From Spirochaetota bacterium (GTDB taxonomy: Bacteria > Spirochaetota > UBA4802 > JAFGDQ01): 64,000 bases of DNA. Positions 37,607 through 47,770 of this stretch are shown in pieces. The stretch lies in contig JAZDKB010000036.1 in the NCBI GenBank assembly GCA_043803405.1, positions 1-64,000 on the forward strand. Reading direction: 5' to 3'. Every line of letters begins with the position of its first letter. Within the stretch, counting starts at the first letter, position 1. Both the position numbers and the translations under genes were made by a program. The notes under the pieces were generated by a model, which saw only the letters and a list, made by a program, of their open reading frames with translations, was not told the DNA's origin and ran no database searches.

Positions 37607-40298
37607 ATTTCACTTCTTCATTAATAACGTTTTTATCTTCGGATTCATTTTTACCCTGCGCCAGATCTTCCTTCCTGCGTTGGAATGGCATTTCTTTTGT
37701 GCCCAGAAAATCCCGGAGTTCCTGCAATGTCTTAATTCTGCCGGGATCATCCAGCCTTCCCAGAACAGCATAAATCAGCTGAGGCTCATCTTTCCCTTTA
37801 ACCATAATCGGAGACATTTTTTCAGCCGCAATAATATCCTTAACAATGTTATAAGAATCTTCGCTTATAATTATATCAGTACCGAATGGTTTATTAAGTG
37901 ATTCGATCCTGCTGGCCAGGTTGACCGCATCTCCAATAACCGTTATCTCCATCCTGTCCTCCGAGCCGATCTGGCCGGAGAGTACAGGCCCGGTATTTAT
38001 GCCGCAGCCCATTTTTATTACAGGCTTATTATTCTTTTTTCTATCAACATTATACTCAATTAGAGCTTTTCTCATCATCAGGGCGCTATTGACGGCATTT
38101 TCCGTATGATTGCCGCTCGAAACAATTATGCCCCATTCGGCCATTATCGCATCGCCGATGAATTTATCGACAATCCCTCCGGTCAGGTCAATGCACTCAA
38201 CCATTTTGGTTAAATAAGCATTCAGAAACTCAACAACTTCTTCCGGTTCAAGATCTTCCGATATTGAGGTAAAATCGCGGATATCCGTAAACATTATAGC
38301 AGCTGTCTTTCTCTCTCCCCCGAGTTTTAGCTCTTCGCTTTTTGTAAGCCTTTCAACTATCTCCGGATTTACGAATTTTCCGAACGTCGTTTTTATCTTT
38401 TCGCGCTCTTCAAGCCCCTTGCCCATTTCAACAAAGGCATTCGTAAGCTCTCCAATCTCATCACGCGACTCGGGCCGTATCCTTACATTATAATCCCCGT
38501 TTTTAATTCTTACCGTAGCTCCGAGAAGACGCATAATAGGCCTGGTAATCTTTTTCCCGAAAAAATATATAATAATAATTACAGCGCTCAGGACGACTAT
38601 TGTTAAATAAATATCCCTTCTCTGCTGATTGGCAACCTCTTTATACGCTACATCCTCCTCTACCGTAGCTATAACACCGCATCCGCCAATGCCGATTTTG
38701 TTAAATGAACCGAGATTATATACTCCTTTCTCATCCTTATATCTTTGCTGGGAATTCATCTGGCTGCTCGTTATCATCTGTTTAACAATAGGAATGTTGA
38801 TGTAATTGCCGCCGCCCAGCACAATCCTGCTGTCCGAGTGGGCAAGTATATCTCCTTTATCATTAACCATGAATGTCTTAGTCCCGCTGCTGCTCTGGAA
38901 TGCTTCCATAAATCTGTCCAGTTTTACATAGCAAACAAGAATCGACTGAATGTTTCCCTTAATATCCTTATGGAAAGGAAGGCTTAACCCGACAGCCGGT
39001 ATCCGCAAGCCCTGGGATACATTGTGAATTACGATTTCATCGTTATAAGATCCGTTAAAAACAGCGGAATTTGCAATATTCGCAGATTCAATATCACCCG
39101 GCTTAATCTGGCTTTCGGTCATTAAAGTATTATTATAAACGCTTTTAATAAAATTCAGCTTAGCTTTATCCTTTGGTAGTGTTGCCATGCCGAAAAACAG
39201 GAAATCCCTGTCATTATTAAAGATAAGTCTGGAATAATAATCTATCCCCTGCCCGCCGATGTTTTGCATCAGCACGTTTGCTATCAGTTTGGATTTATCT
39301 ATTATTGTCTGGAAATCGGATTTTACCTTTAGAGCTACTACCTGGGAAATATACAGGTTGTTTTCCTGCACTCTTACGGTGTTATCTTTTTTAAAAAAAT
39401 ACGTTGCTAAAAAGATCATCCCTGAAAGGGAAATAATTATTATTAAAGATGTTATGCCGATTAATTTGAACCTGATGGATAAATAAAATTTGGATACGCC
39501 CTTTAATTGAACACTTTTTTCGTCTTCCAGTCTTCTGTTTTCTTCTCTTCCTTCCTTCATGTCTAATACAGATATTTTCTTTCCCTGTTCTGCCGGGTGC
39601 AGATCGGCTGCCCTTTCCTTAATCTTTTTAATTTTCTCTGATTTTTTACTGCTGCTTTCCTCTTCAGCCTGTCGGCCTGTTTTCATGACATTTTGTTTTA
39701 CCTGCACCAGAGTATCATCGGATTTATTTCTGTCCGATAATGCTTCTTCAAGATCCGGCTCTTCCATTGGCTCCGGTGAAATATATTTTTCCAGATCGAA
39801 ACCGTCATCCCCGGTTTCTTCTGTATCTATTCCAATATATTTCTGAAATCCGCGGGCAAATTCCAGTTCTTCTCTGGTCTGCATCAGTCTGTCGTTTATA
39901 ACTCTGACTTTCTCAAGTGCATCCTTCAGCATTCTGCCTGAATAAATATAAAAACACGTAAGAACCGCTCCTGCGACGCTTTTACCGAACGAGATAAGCA
40001 GGCAGCCGCCCTTTCTGAAGCTCGCGTTAATTTCTCCCACAGCATTTTTGATAAAGAACAAATGCTCATTATCCAGCGCTTCTATATTGATGCTTTTTAC
40101 GATAAAACCGTTATCTTCATAACGCTTCACTAAATCCAGATACGGTTCTAGTAAAACCTCTTCGGAAGTCATTATGAATACTGTTTTAACGTCATTTTCC
40201 CTGAGTCTTTCAATTTTTCTTAAAAAAGCTTCATCATCGGCAGGTCGAATTAATTCGCCGCGATAATACTCGAACAATATTTTTCTCTTTTTAGCCAT
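37587..40298 (-). CDS. Membrane class III adenylate cyclase (PTP-like N-terminus, Cache, HAMP, cyclase)
   Basis: FTDIRDFT, DKFIGDAIMA, GINTG, ITVIGDAVNLASRIE; HAMP ITRPI..DEIGEL; two TMs. Confidence 0.9.
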   Translation of the reverse strand: MAKKRKILFEYYRGELIRPADDEAFLRKIERLRENDVKTVFIMTSEEVLLEPYLDLVKRYEDNGFIVKSINIEALDNEHLFFIKNAVGEINASFRKGGCLLISFGKSVAGAVLTCFYIYSGRMLKDALEKVRVINDRLMQTREELEFARGFQKYIGIDTEETGDDGFDLEKYISPEPMEEPDLEEALSDRNKSDDTLVQVKQNVMKTGRQAEEESSSKKSEKIKKIKERAADLHPAEQGKKISVLDMKEGREENRRLEDEKSVQLKGVSKFYLSIRFKLIGITSLIIIISLSGMIFLATYFFKKDNTVRVQENNLYISQVVALKVKSDFQTIIDKSKLIANVLMQNIGGQGIDYYSRLIFNNDRDFLFFGMATLPKDKAKLNFIKSVYNNTLMTESQIKPGDIESANIANSAVFNGSYNDEIVIHNVSQGLRIPAVGLSLPFHKDIKGNIQSILVCYVKLDRFMEAFQSSSGTKTFMVNDKGDILAHSDSRIVLGGGNYINIPIVKQMITSSQMNSQQRYKDEKGVYNLGSFNKIGIGGCGVIATVEEDVAYKEVANQQRRDIYLTIVVLSAVIIIIYFFGKKITRPIMRLLGATVRIKNGDYNVRIRPESRDEIGELTNAFVEMGKGLEEREKIKTTFGKFVNPEIVERLTKSEELKLGGERKTAAIMFTDIRDFTSISEDLEPEEVVEFLNAYLTKMVECIDLTGGIVDKFIGDAIMAEWGIIVSSGNHTENAVNSALMMRKALIEYNVDRKKNNKPVIKMGCGINTGPVLSGQIGSEDRMEITVIGDAVNLASRIESLNKPFGTDIIISEDSYNIVKDIIAAEKMSPIMVKGKDEPQLIYAVLGRLDDPGRIKTLQELRDFLGTKEMPFQRRKEDLAQGKNESEDKNVINEEVKYEILAQ

Positions 40299-40419
40299 AG
40301 TGTTTAGTTGATATATTTTATGCGGAATTATATTTCTCTGATATTATAATCGATAAAAACAAAGGTTTACATTACATTATAAATATATTATATTTTCTTT
40401 TGATAGCAAGAAATATAGC

Positions 40420-40452
40420 AAAAATGCCCTGATTGTGCTTCAGGGCATTTTT
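40420..40452 (-). terminator. Intrinsic terminator
   Basis: AAAAATGCCCTGA / TCAGGGCATTTTT. Confidence 0.8.
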
Positions 40453-40492
40453 ATTACTTTTACGATTTTCCTGATAAATATAATTCTCAATA

Positions 40493-41473
40493 TTAAGGAA
40501 TAGTAGAACCGGTTGAAAAAGGAATTGTATTAGGAGTGCCTATAATATTAGCTGTCGAGTCCATAACACCAGTTACTGTTAAAGTATAACTTGTTAGGAC
40601 TTGAAATGGAGCAGGGCTGGCAATAGACAATGTAACATGATTTAAATTGCTTATATCTTGAGAAGCACCAATAATTGTTATTGTAGAACCGCCGGTTATG
40701 ACATAATTTGTTGATGTTTCAGCAGAACCTTGTTCCATATCTTCTGAAAAATAAACTTCCATCTGTGTCGCTGATGTTAATGCATAAGTTGTTAGATAGG
40801 GCTTAGCATCTCCATTAAATGGATAAGTATCCGTAGCTACTGCGTAGTTCCCATTCGAATCATAGAAACCATCAATGCTGATATAATAAGCAGAATTGCT
40901 CTGGCTAGGCGTTAAAAAAGTCGCACTTATAGCAGAATTAAAATTTAAATTATATGAATATATTTCCAGCATAGATGAATTATATATTCGATAATACCCT
41001 GAACCGAATAAAGGTTCTGTAAAAACAACCTGTATCTGTGTATTATTATTGACAGCTACAGTATCAATAGCCGGCAGGGCGTCACCAGTAAAAGACGCTG
41101 TATTCGAAGTGCCGATTAGGTTTTCAAATTTATCTTTAACATTTGCGACTGCAATAGTATAGGTCGTGTTTAACTGAGAAGAAGTCGTAAGAATAACTCT
41201 TGTAAAATCGGCGCTGTTTCTTACAGCACCGGTTACCGTAAAACCTGTAATTCCTGTTATAGTATAATTTCCCGAAATCTCTGCTGATTGCTGGTCCAAT
41301 TCTTCGCTAAAAACCAGTTCTATCTGTGTATTATTTGTCGCTGTTGCAGAAATAAGCGACGGCGCAGTATCGTCTTTTTTATCAGTAGTCTTGTTCCAAA
41401 TATCCGATTGATAGCATGAATAAAATTGGAAACTTAACAAAATAATTAAAATGACTTCTACTAAGCGTTTCAT
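40493..41473 (-). CDS. Ig-like repeat surface lipoprotein (three repeats)
   Basis: Lipobox-like FYSC; repeats NNTQI.V.FSE..SAE...NY.I..Y...V..V.D..GN. Confidence 0.75.
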   Translation of the reverse strand: MKRLVEVILIILLSFQFYSCYQSDIWNKTTDKKDDTAPSLISATATNNTQIELVFSEELDQQSAEISGNYTITGITGFTVTGAVRNSADFTRVILTTSSQLNTTYTIAVANVKDKFENLIGTSNTASFTGDALPAIDTVAVNNNTQIQVVFTEPLFGSGYYRIYNSSMLEIYSYNLNFNSAISATFLTPSQSNSAYYISIDGFYDSNGNYAVATDTYPFNGDAKPYLTTYALTSATQMEVYFSEDMEQGSAETSTNYVITGGSTITIIGASQDISNLNHVTLSIASPAPFQVLTSYTLTVTGVMDSTANIIGTPNTIPFSTGSTIP

Positions 41474-41589
41474 TTTTCAATCCCCTACGGGTAAAATAAA
41501 AAACATCTAATAAAACCTCATTAATATACTAAGATTTCCATTTATAATCAAGTTTAAGTTAAAAAAAAGTGTTAGTTTATTTTCAAAAA

Positions 41590-41620
41590 AAAAGGCCGTT
41601 CATGGCAAGAACGGCCTTTT
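41590..41620 (-). terminator. Intrinsic terminator
   Basis: AAAAGGCCGTTC / GAACGGCCTTTT. Confidence 0.8.
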
Positions 41621-41644
41621 AAGTATTCGGATTATCTGTGTACC

Positions 41645-42946
41645 CTAAGGCACAATAAAATCTATTGATACAGGAGGTTTCAATGAATTACCTGATAGGT
41701 CTTGCACATTTGAATTAATAATAAGCCTGTAATTTCCATCAGGCAAATTCGGAGAAAGTTCAATGGTAACTGCGTCCGGAGAGCTGAACCAAATATTAGG
41801 AAAATCTGATATATGATAAGTTTTATCTATGTTTGAAGGTGAAGTAAGTAATAATAATGAATAATTTAAGTAATTATTGGCTCCAAATCCGGCTCCATCA
41901 TTCAACATTGCTTCCGAAAATATTACCCGAATATACTCATGAGGATTAAAAACTACAATGCTTACTACGATCGGGCTCGCATTGCCTGCAAACGTTGCCG
42001 TATCATTATCAGGATCAATCGCATTTCCGGTTATATCGGTAACACCGTTAACTGCAATAGTATATGAAATATCAGCTTGATAATCTGTAGTTAAATGAAC
42101 TATATATGTATATGTAGTGTCTCTTTCCGCATTCGTAACAGCCAAACCGCTGCTAATTGAATAATTAGTTGCAGTTTCGGCAGTAGTTTCGTTAACTGGC
42201 TCCGAAAATTCCAGGTCAACAATTCTGTTCGGTTTCCATGTGGCGCTTACTAATTTAGGATACACTATATATCCAAATGTCCCTGAATTCCGCAGGGGAT
42301 CAATTGTATTGCCGTTAGCATCCAGAACAGAGCTGGTTACAATAATCTTGTACGTAATATCCTCAACCTGCGTGCCTGTTCCGAGTGTAACAGTATTTCC
42401 CGATACGCTTGCGCTTGTCACATTAAGAGAATTATCTATTGTATAATTGGACAGGATTCCGCCGGATACTGCGTCTACGGTTTTAGAAAATTGAATGGTA
42501 ATTGATATGCCGGAATTGCGGGTTACTCCTTCAACGTAAAACTGCCCATCGCCGATAAATTTATCCGGATCATTCGTTGTGTTTATTGTTTTAGCTGTTG
42601 CATTGCCACCGGGTATTGTCTTAACACCGTTAACAACAAGTGTATACTCAACATTTTCCTGTTTCGAAGTTACGAGCCTAACTATTGTATTGTCGCTCGC
42701 ATCTCTTTCCGCGCTGCTGACTGCAAGAATTGTACCGCCGGTTTTAATTGAATAATTAGCTGCTGTTTCAGCACTCGATTCTTCAACGTTTGTACTGAAG
42801 ACAACCTCGACTTGAGTATTATTCACTGCACTGGCAGACGAAACATCCCCGGAGTCATTTTCGTTCTCCCATGGATTTGTCGGATTGCAGTAAATTGATT
42901 GAGCCGAAAAAAACACAAATAGAAGAAACACAAAAAGCTTTTTCAT
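41645..42946 (-). CDS. Ig-like repeat surface lipoprotein (four repeats), paralogue of 40493-41473
   Basis: Signal ending SIYC; same repeat consensus (NNTQVEVVFS..SAET..NYSI, AERD, D..GN). Confidence 0.75.
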   Translation of the reverse strand: MKKLFVFLLFVFFSAQSIYCNPTNPWENENDSGDVSSASAVNNTQVEVVFSTNVEESSAETAANYSIKTGGTILAVSSAERDASDNTIVRLVTSKQENVEYTLVVNGVKTIPGGNATAKTINTTNDPDKFIGDGQFYVEGVTRNSGISITIQFSKTVDAVSGGILSNYTIDNSLNVTSASVSGNTVTLGTGTQVEDITYKIIVTSSVLDANGNTIDPLRNSGTFGYIVYPKLVSATWKPNRIVDLEFSEPVNETTAETATNYSISSGLAVTNAERDTTYTYIVHLTTDYQADISYTIAVNGVTDITGNAIDPDNDTATFAGNASPIVVSIVVFNPHEYIRVIFSEAMLNDGAGFGANNYLNYSLLLLTSPSNIDKTYHISDFPNIWFSSPDAVTIELSPNLPDGNYRLIINSNVQDLSGNSLKPPVSIDFIVP

Positions 42947-43284
42947 AAACTCCCTCCATGGGTTAATGTTTTATTTTGAGAGGAACATCCTTAAAAATGA
43001 GTTATTGTTCCCCTGCGGGTTAATTAAAAATTATAATTATAAAGCCTTTTTTCGGTTCGAGATTTTTCTTAGATAAATCATTAGAACATATAAAAAAAAA
43101 TTGGAATCGTCAAATTTTTTTGAATAAAACCGAGTCTTTTTAATTTTTTTTTCGAAAATATTTTTCAAACATAATGAGGCATAATCAAATAATTGACGGG
43201 ATTTTTAAGCTTAAAATGTAAGTTTATATTGCATTAATGTCTATAACGGGGAACGGAACAAAAGAGATATATGCAGTCTTTTTG

Positions 43285-43656
43285 TTAAAAGAATAATAAA
43301 TGAAAAATTATGCCTGTAAATGACAAAATTCCGAATATAATAAAAGATTTTTTGTATTTATCGGTTTTCCGGTGATGGCGGAATGTATTCAGCACAAAAC
43401 CTGCTATGCTTACTATAAGAATAAGAATAAAAAAATATATCGCATACCCGGTTATAACCTTATCGATGTTTGCAGGCATCTGGAATTGGTAATCCGCAAT
43501 CTTTGCAGCATAAGATATAATAAAAATTGAGCCTAACAGAATCCATAGAAAAATAAGCACCGAAACTATAAATACTTTTGAAAAAATATCAATCGATCCC
43601 ATTAATCTGAGGATATTGTCAGGGCCACTTCTGCGGTTCATTGTTTTTTCTTCCAT
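43285..43656 (-). CDS. Hypothetical three-TM membrane protein
   Basis: Hydrophobic segments; ATG 43656 after AGAGGG. Confidence 0.65.
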   Translation of the reverse strand: MEEKTMNRRSGPDNILRLMGSIDIFSKVFIVSVLIFLWILLGSIFIISYAAKIADYQFQMPANIDKVITGYAIYFFILILIVSIAGFVLNTFRHHRKTDKYKKSFIIFGILSFTGIIFHLLFF

Positions 43657-43930
43657 GGTTATCCCTCTTAAAAAAATTCTTAAAGGGTACAGAGAAGACA
43701 TAATGCAGAACTGCTTTTATCTTCATTGGAAGATATTAAAATATATTTAAAACGTCAAATAAAAATGCTTAAAAATTTATTGACACTCGTAAAACCGGCT
43801 TCTTAATGACATTGTCATAATTTATTGCCTTAGCAAAAAATGTTCTCTAAGAGCCTGTTCCCATATATCTAAATACTGAAATATCTTTTTTTTTAAGTCT
43901 TTTAACAAATAGTTTTTAAGGAAAAAAATC

Positions 43931-46582
43931 ATGGAATTGCCCTCTTCTTACGAACCCAAGGAAGTTGAAAAAAAGTGGTACTCTATATGGGAAAAAGAAA
44001 ATCTCTTTCATGCTGCTGAAAACGACGGGAAAGAGGCCTATTCCATCGTAATTCCTCCGCCCAATGTTACAGGCATTCTTCATATCGGACATGCGCTGAA
44101 TAATACTTTGCAGGATATTCTTGTAAGATGGCAGAGGATGAACGGCAAGTCCGCGCTATGGATGCCGGGAACGGATCATGCAGGCATTGCCACGCAAAAC
44201 GTAGTTGAAAGACTGCTGGCATCCGAAGGAAAGACTAAACACGATCTGGGACGCGAAGCATTTGTAAAAAGAGTATGGGAATGGAAGGAGCATTCAGGCG
44301 GGCAGATTGTATCCCAGCTGAAACGGCTCGGCGCTTCGTGCGACTGGGAGCGCGAAAGGTTTACGCTTGACGAAGGTCTTTCGAGGGCAGTGAGAAAGGT
44401 TTTTGTGACGCTTTACAGCGAGGGGCTGATTTATCAGGGTGAGCGGATAATAAACTGGTGCCCGCGATGCGAAACTGCGCTGTCGGACATTGAAACGGAA
44501 TACCAGGATCTGAAAGGCCACTTATATTACATTAAGTATCCGGTGGCCGGTTCGGATGAAAGTATAACTGTAGCGACTACCAGGCCTGAGACGATGCTCG
44601 GGGATACGGGCGTTGCCGTGAACCCGGATGACGACAGGTACAGGCATCTTGTGGGCAAAAGCGTTATCCTGCCTTTAATGAACAGAAAGATCCCGGTATT
44701 CGCGGACAATTTTGTCGCAAAGGAATTCGGTACAGGCCTGGTAAAAGTAACGCCGGCGCATGATCCGAATGACTTCGAGATGGGAAAGCGCCACAACCTT
44801 GAGGAGATAAACATACTTGATAAGAACGGCAATATAAACGAAAAGGGCGGCGCATACAAGGGGCTCAACAGATTCGACGCGCGGAAAAAAATACTGGAGG
44901 ACCTAGACAAGCTCGGCTTGCTTGTTAAGATAGAAGATCATGATCACTCGGTCGGACACTGTTATAGATGCAATACCATCATTGAACCGTATCTTTCCAA
45001 ACAATGGTTTGTTAAAATTAAGCCACTCGCTGATGCAGCTATCAAAGCTGTTGAAGAAAAGAGGATCACATTTGTGCCGCAGAACTGGGAGAAGACTTAT
45101 TACGAGTGGATGTACAATATCCGTGACTGGTGCATCTCGCGCCAGCTATGGTGGGGACACAGGATACCGGCGTTCTACTGCAAATCGTGCGGCCACATAA
45201 CAGTTACGATGGAAGATCCAAGCGAATGCGGCAAATGCGGATCGAAAGACATCCGCCAGGACGAGGACGTTCTCGACACATGGTTCTCGTCCGCGCTATG
45301 GCCGTTTTCAACAATGGGATGGCCGGACAGCACAGACGCAGTTAAAAAATATTATCCTACAAATGTTTTAGTTACAAGCTTTGACATTATTTTCTTCTGG
45401 GTAGCCCGCATGATCATGATGGGCCTTAAGTTCATGAAGGATATCCCGTTCAAAGACGTGTACATCCACGCACTTGTGCGCGATGAGCACGGGCAGAAGA
45501 TGAGCAAGTCAAAGGGCAATGTAATTGACCCGATCATCATGATGGATAATTACGGCACTGACGCGTTCAGGTTCACCCTGGCGATCTTTGCCGCGCAGGG
45601 ACGCGATATAATCATGTCCGAAAAACGCATTGAAGGCTACAGGGCTTTCTGCAACAAGATATGGAACGCTACAAGATTTATTCTTATGAACCTGGGTGAA
45701 GACTTCGCGGCACGCGATATTAAGCCGGATGAACTTAACAACTTTGACAAATGGATACTGCACAGGCTGAACAAGGCAACTGCAGGTATAACCAAAGCAC
45801 TTGAGGAATACAAATTTAACGAAGCCGCCCACCAGATATATGAGTTCTGGTGGCACGAGTTCTGCGACTGGTATCTGGAACTTACGAAACCAAGGATTTA
45901 CACAAAGGATGCAGAAACAAAAGATAAAGACTCTGCAGAAACCGCGCGCCAGGTTTTATATCACGTTCTTAAAACCGGCCTCCAGCTTCTGCATCCGTTT
46001 ATGCCGTTTATTACGGAAGAAATATGGAGCAGGATAAATCCCTCAGGTGGCAGAATAATTATCGCGAGGTGGCCCGCAGTAAATAATGATTTTAATTTCC
46101 CGGACGAATCTGAAGACGCGGATATATTTAAGGAAATAGTTTACAGAATAAGAAATATCCGCGCAGAGATGAATATTCCGCCTAGCAAAAACGCGAATGT
46201 TATTTTTAAAACAGCTGATAAGAAAATTATTTCGCTTATTGACAGGGAGCTCATTAATATTAAATCGCTGGCAAAGCTCGACTCCGTAAAGATTGACGGC
46301 AATTACAAGCCGGAAAATACCGACGCGTCCGCAATTCTGAAAGATGCCGAGATATACATGCCGCTTAAGGGGCTTATCGATGTTGAGAAAGAGAGATTAA
46401 GGATACAAAAAGAAATCGATAAAGCAAACCTTGACATTGACAGGGTTGACAGGAAATTAACCAACGAGAACTTCCTGAAAAAAGCCCCGGAAGATATTAT
46501 AGTAAAAGAAAAGAGCAAGCGGGACGAGGCCAAAGAACTACTCAAAAAACTTGAAGAAAGCTTATTAAAATTGGCCGGATAG
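43931..46582 (+). CDS. valS: Valyl-tRNA synthetase
   Basis: PPPNVTGILHIGH, DWCISRQLWWGHRIP, KMSKS, C-terminal coiled coil. Confidence 0.98.
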   Translation: MELPSSYEPKEVEKKWYSIWEKENLFHAAENDGKEAYSIVIPPPNVTGILHIGHALNNTLQDILVRWQRMNGKSALWMPGTDHAGIATQNVVERLLASEGKTKHDLGREAFVKRVWEWKEHSGGQIVSQLKRLGASCDWERERFTLDEGLSRAVRKVFVTLYSEGLIYQGERIINWCPRCETALSDIETEYQDLKGHLYYIKYPVAGSDESITVATTRPETMLGDTGVAVNPDDDRYRHLVGKSVILPLMNRKIPVFADNFVAKEFGTGLVKVTPAHDPNDFEMGKRHNLEEINILDKNGNINEKGGAYKGLNRFDARKKILEDLDKLGLLVKIEDHDHSVGHCYRCNTIIEPYLSKQWFVKIKPLADAAIKAVEEKRITFVPQNWEKTYYEWMYNIRDWCISRQLWWGHRIPAFYCKSCGHITVTMEDPSECGKCGSKDIRQDEDVLDTWFSSALWPFSTMGWPDSTDAVKKYYPTNVLVTSFDIIFFWVARMIMMGLKFMKDIPFKDVYIHALVRDEHGQKMSKSKGNVIDPIIMMDNYGTDAFRFTLAIFAAQGRDIIMSEKRIEGYRAFCNKIWNATRFILMNLGEDFAARDIKPDELNNFDKWILHRLNKATAGITKALEEYKFNEAAHQIYEFWWHEFCDWYLELTKPRIYTKDAETKDKDSAETARQVLYHVLKTGLQLLHPFMPFITEEIWSRINPSGGRIIIARWPAVNNDFNFPDESEDADIFKEIVYRIRNIRAEMNIPPSKNANVIFKTADKKIISLIDRELINIKSLAKLDSVKIDGNYKPENTDASAILKDAEIYMPLKGLIDVEKERLRIQKEIDKANLDIDRVDRKLTNENFLKKAPEDIIVKEKSKRDEAKELLKKLEESLLKLAG

Positions 46583-46605
46583 ACCGGATAGAGAAGACAA
46601 ACAAG

Positions 46606-47109
46606 ATGATTTCGTTCGATCTGGAATGCGCAAACAAACACCGTTTCGAAGGCAGCTTTAAGGACTACCGGGCTTTCGATGAGCAACTGACAAAAGAAAT
46701 GATCGAGTGCCCTGTATGCGGTGACGTTAAAATCAAACGGCTGTTTACCGGATGCTCGATACAGCCGGGCGGAGCGACCGCGCCCGCGGAGACGCAAGGT
46801 TGTGCGTCTCATGACCAAGTATCCGGCGCTCATTTGTCTTACACTAATAAAGACGCATTGCCATGCGTCTCTACAGCCGATAAAAATATGCCGAAAATGT
46901 CCGAAATGATCCGCATAGTCAGGGATTATGTAATACATAACTTCGAAAACGTAGGAAAAGACTTCGCATATACTGCAAAAGCTATGTATTATGGCGTTGA
47001 AGAAGAAAGAAACATATACGGCGAATCGACACCGCAGGAAATAAAGGAACTCGCAGATGAAGGCATAGACGTGCTGCCGATTCCGTCAATAGAAAAGATA
47101 GAGAATTAA
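46606..47109 (+). CDS. DUF1178 family protein
   Basis: MI.FDL.C...HRFEG.F, CPVCG, FENVG..FA..A..M.YG..E.R.IYG...E..EL..EGI..LP.P. Confidence 0.88.
   Translation: MISFDLECANKHRFEGSFKDYRAFDEQLTKEMIECPVCGDVKIKRLFTGCSIQPGGATAPAETQGCASHDQVSGAHLSYTNKDALPCVSTADKNMPKMSEMIRIVRDYVIHNFENVGKDFAYTAKAMYYGVEEERNIYGESTPQEIKELADEGIDVLPIPSIEKIEN
46767..46874. repeat. REP-like palindromes inside the DUF1178 reading frame
   Basis: GAGACGCA-6-TGCGTCTC (46789-46810) and AGACGCAT-4-ATGCGTCT-CTAC (46851-46874). Confidence 0.6.
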
Positions 47110-47112
47110 ACC

Positions 47113-47228
47113 GTAGGGGCGAACCCATGTGTTCGCCCTTTAATCTATATCCCTATGTTCGCCGTTGTACCTTTATGCTCCCCTTGGGGCCATTGCAAAA
47201 AAGGGCAGACACTTGGGTCTGCCCCTAC
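47113..47228. repeat. Inverted pair of GTAG-type REP elements
   Basis: GTAGGGGCGAACCCATGTGTTCGCCCT and AGGGCAGACACTTGGGTCTGCCCCTAC. Confidence 0.8.
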
Positions 47229-47268
47229 TTAACAAATATGATTATGTTTTTATTAACTTTATCTTTTA

Positions 47269-47760
47269 TTATTCTTTATATACAAAATAAGCCAATAATG
47301 CCGCGGAAATAAAAATAACCGGCACTGCAATATTCAGATAAAATCCGAAGCTTATTTCATAAGGACGCGCTTTAGTCAGAGTTCCGGTAAAATATATAAA
47401 AAGAACCCAGAATAAATAATAAGCATTCAATAATGATCTTACAAGCAGCCTCTTTAATTCGTGCAAATATGAGCTGGCAAACATTATTATAATAATAACA
47501 ATAAGATGTATGGCCAGAGGATTATTTACTTCGAAATTATTCCCAAAAATATGAAACCTTGCAACCGGCAGGATAATTGCAAAAAAAGCCGGAATGATAT
47601 TCAGATAAATAATTTTTTCAGAAATGCTTGCATCCAGAAATTTTTGCCGGATTTTTTCCGCCAGTGAAGCCAGCATTCTTCCCAGAAAGCGAATGATTTC
47701 GAACGCTAGGTATTTAACTGTTTTCCAAAGATTATAAAAATTATGCATAATGTTTTCCAT
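47269..47760 (-). CDS. Hypothetical four-TM membrane protein
   Basis: Hydrophobic ORF; start placed at ATG 47760 to avoid overlap. Confidence 0.65.
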   Translation of the reverse strand: MENIMHNFYNLWKTVKYLAFEIIRFLGRMLASLAEKIRQKFLDASISEKIIYLNIIPAFFAIILPVARFHIFGNNFEVNNPLAIHLIVIIIIMFASSYLHELKRLLVRSLLNAYYLFWVLFIYFTGTLTKARPYEISFGFYLNIAVPVIFISAALLAYFVYKE

Positions 47761-47770
47761 AGTAAAATAC

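Noticed and set aside
43702..43930. T-box leader upstream of valS
   Set aside because: No T-box consensus or terminator/antiterminator pair visible
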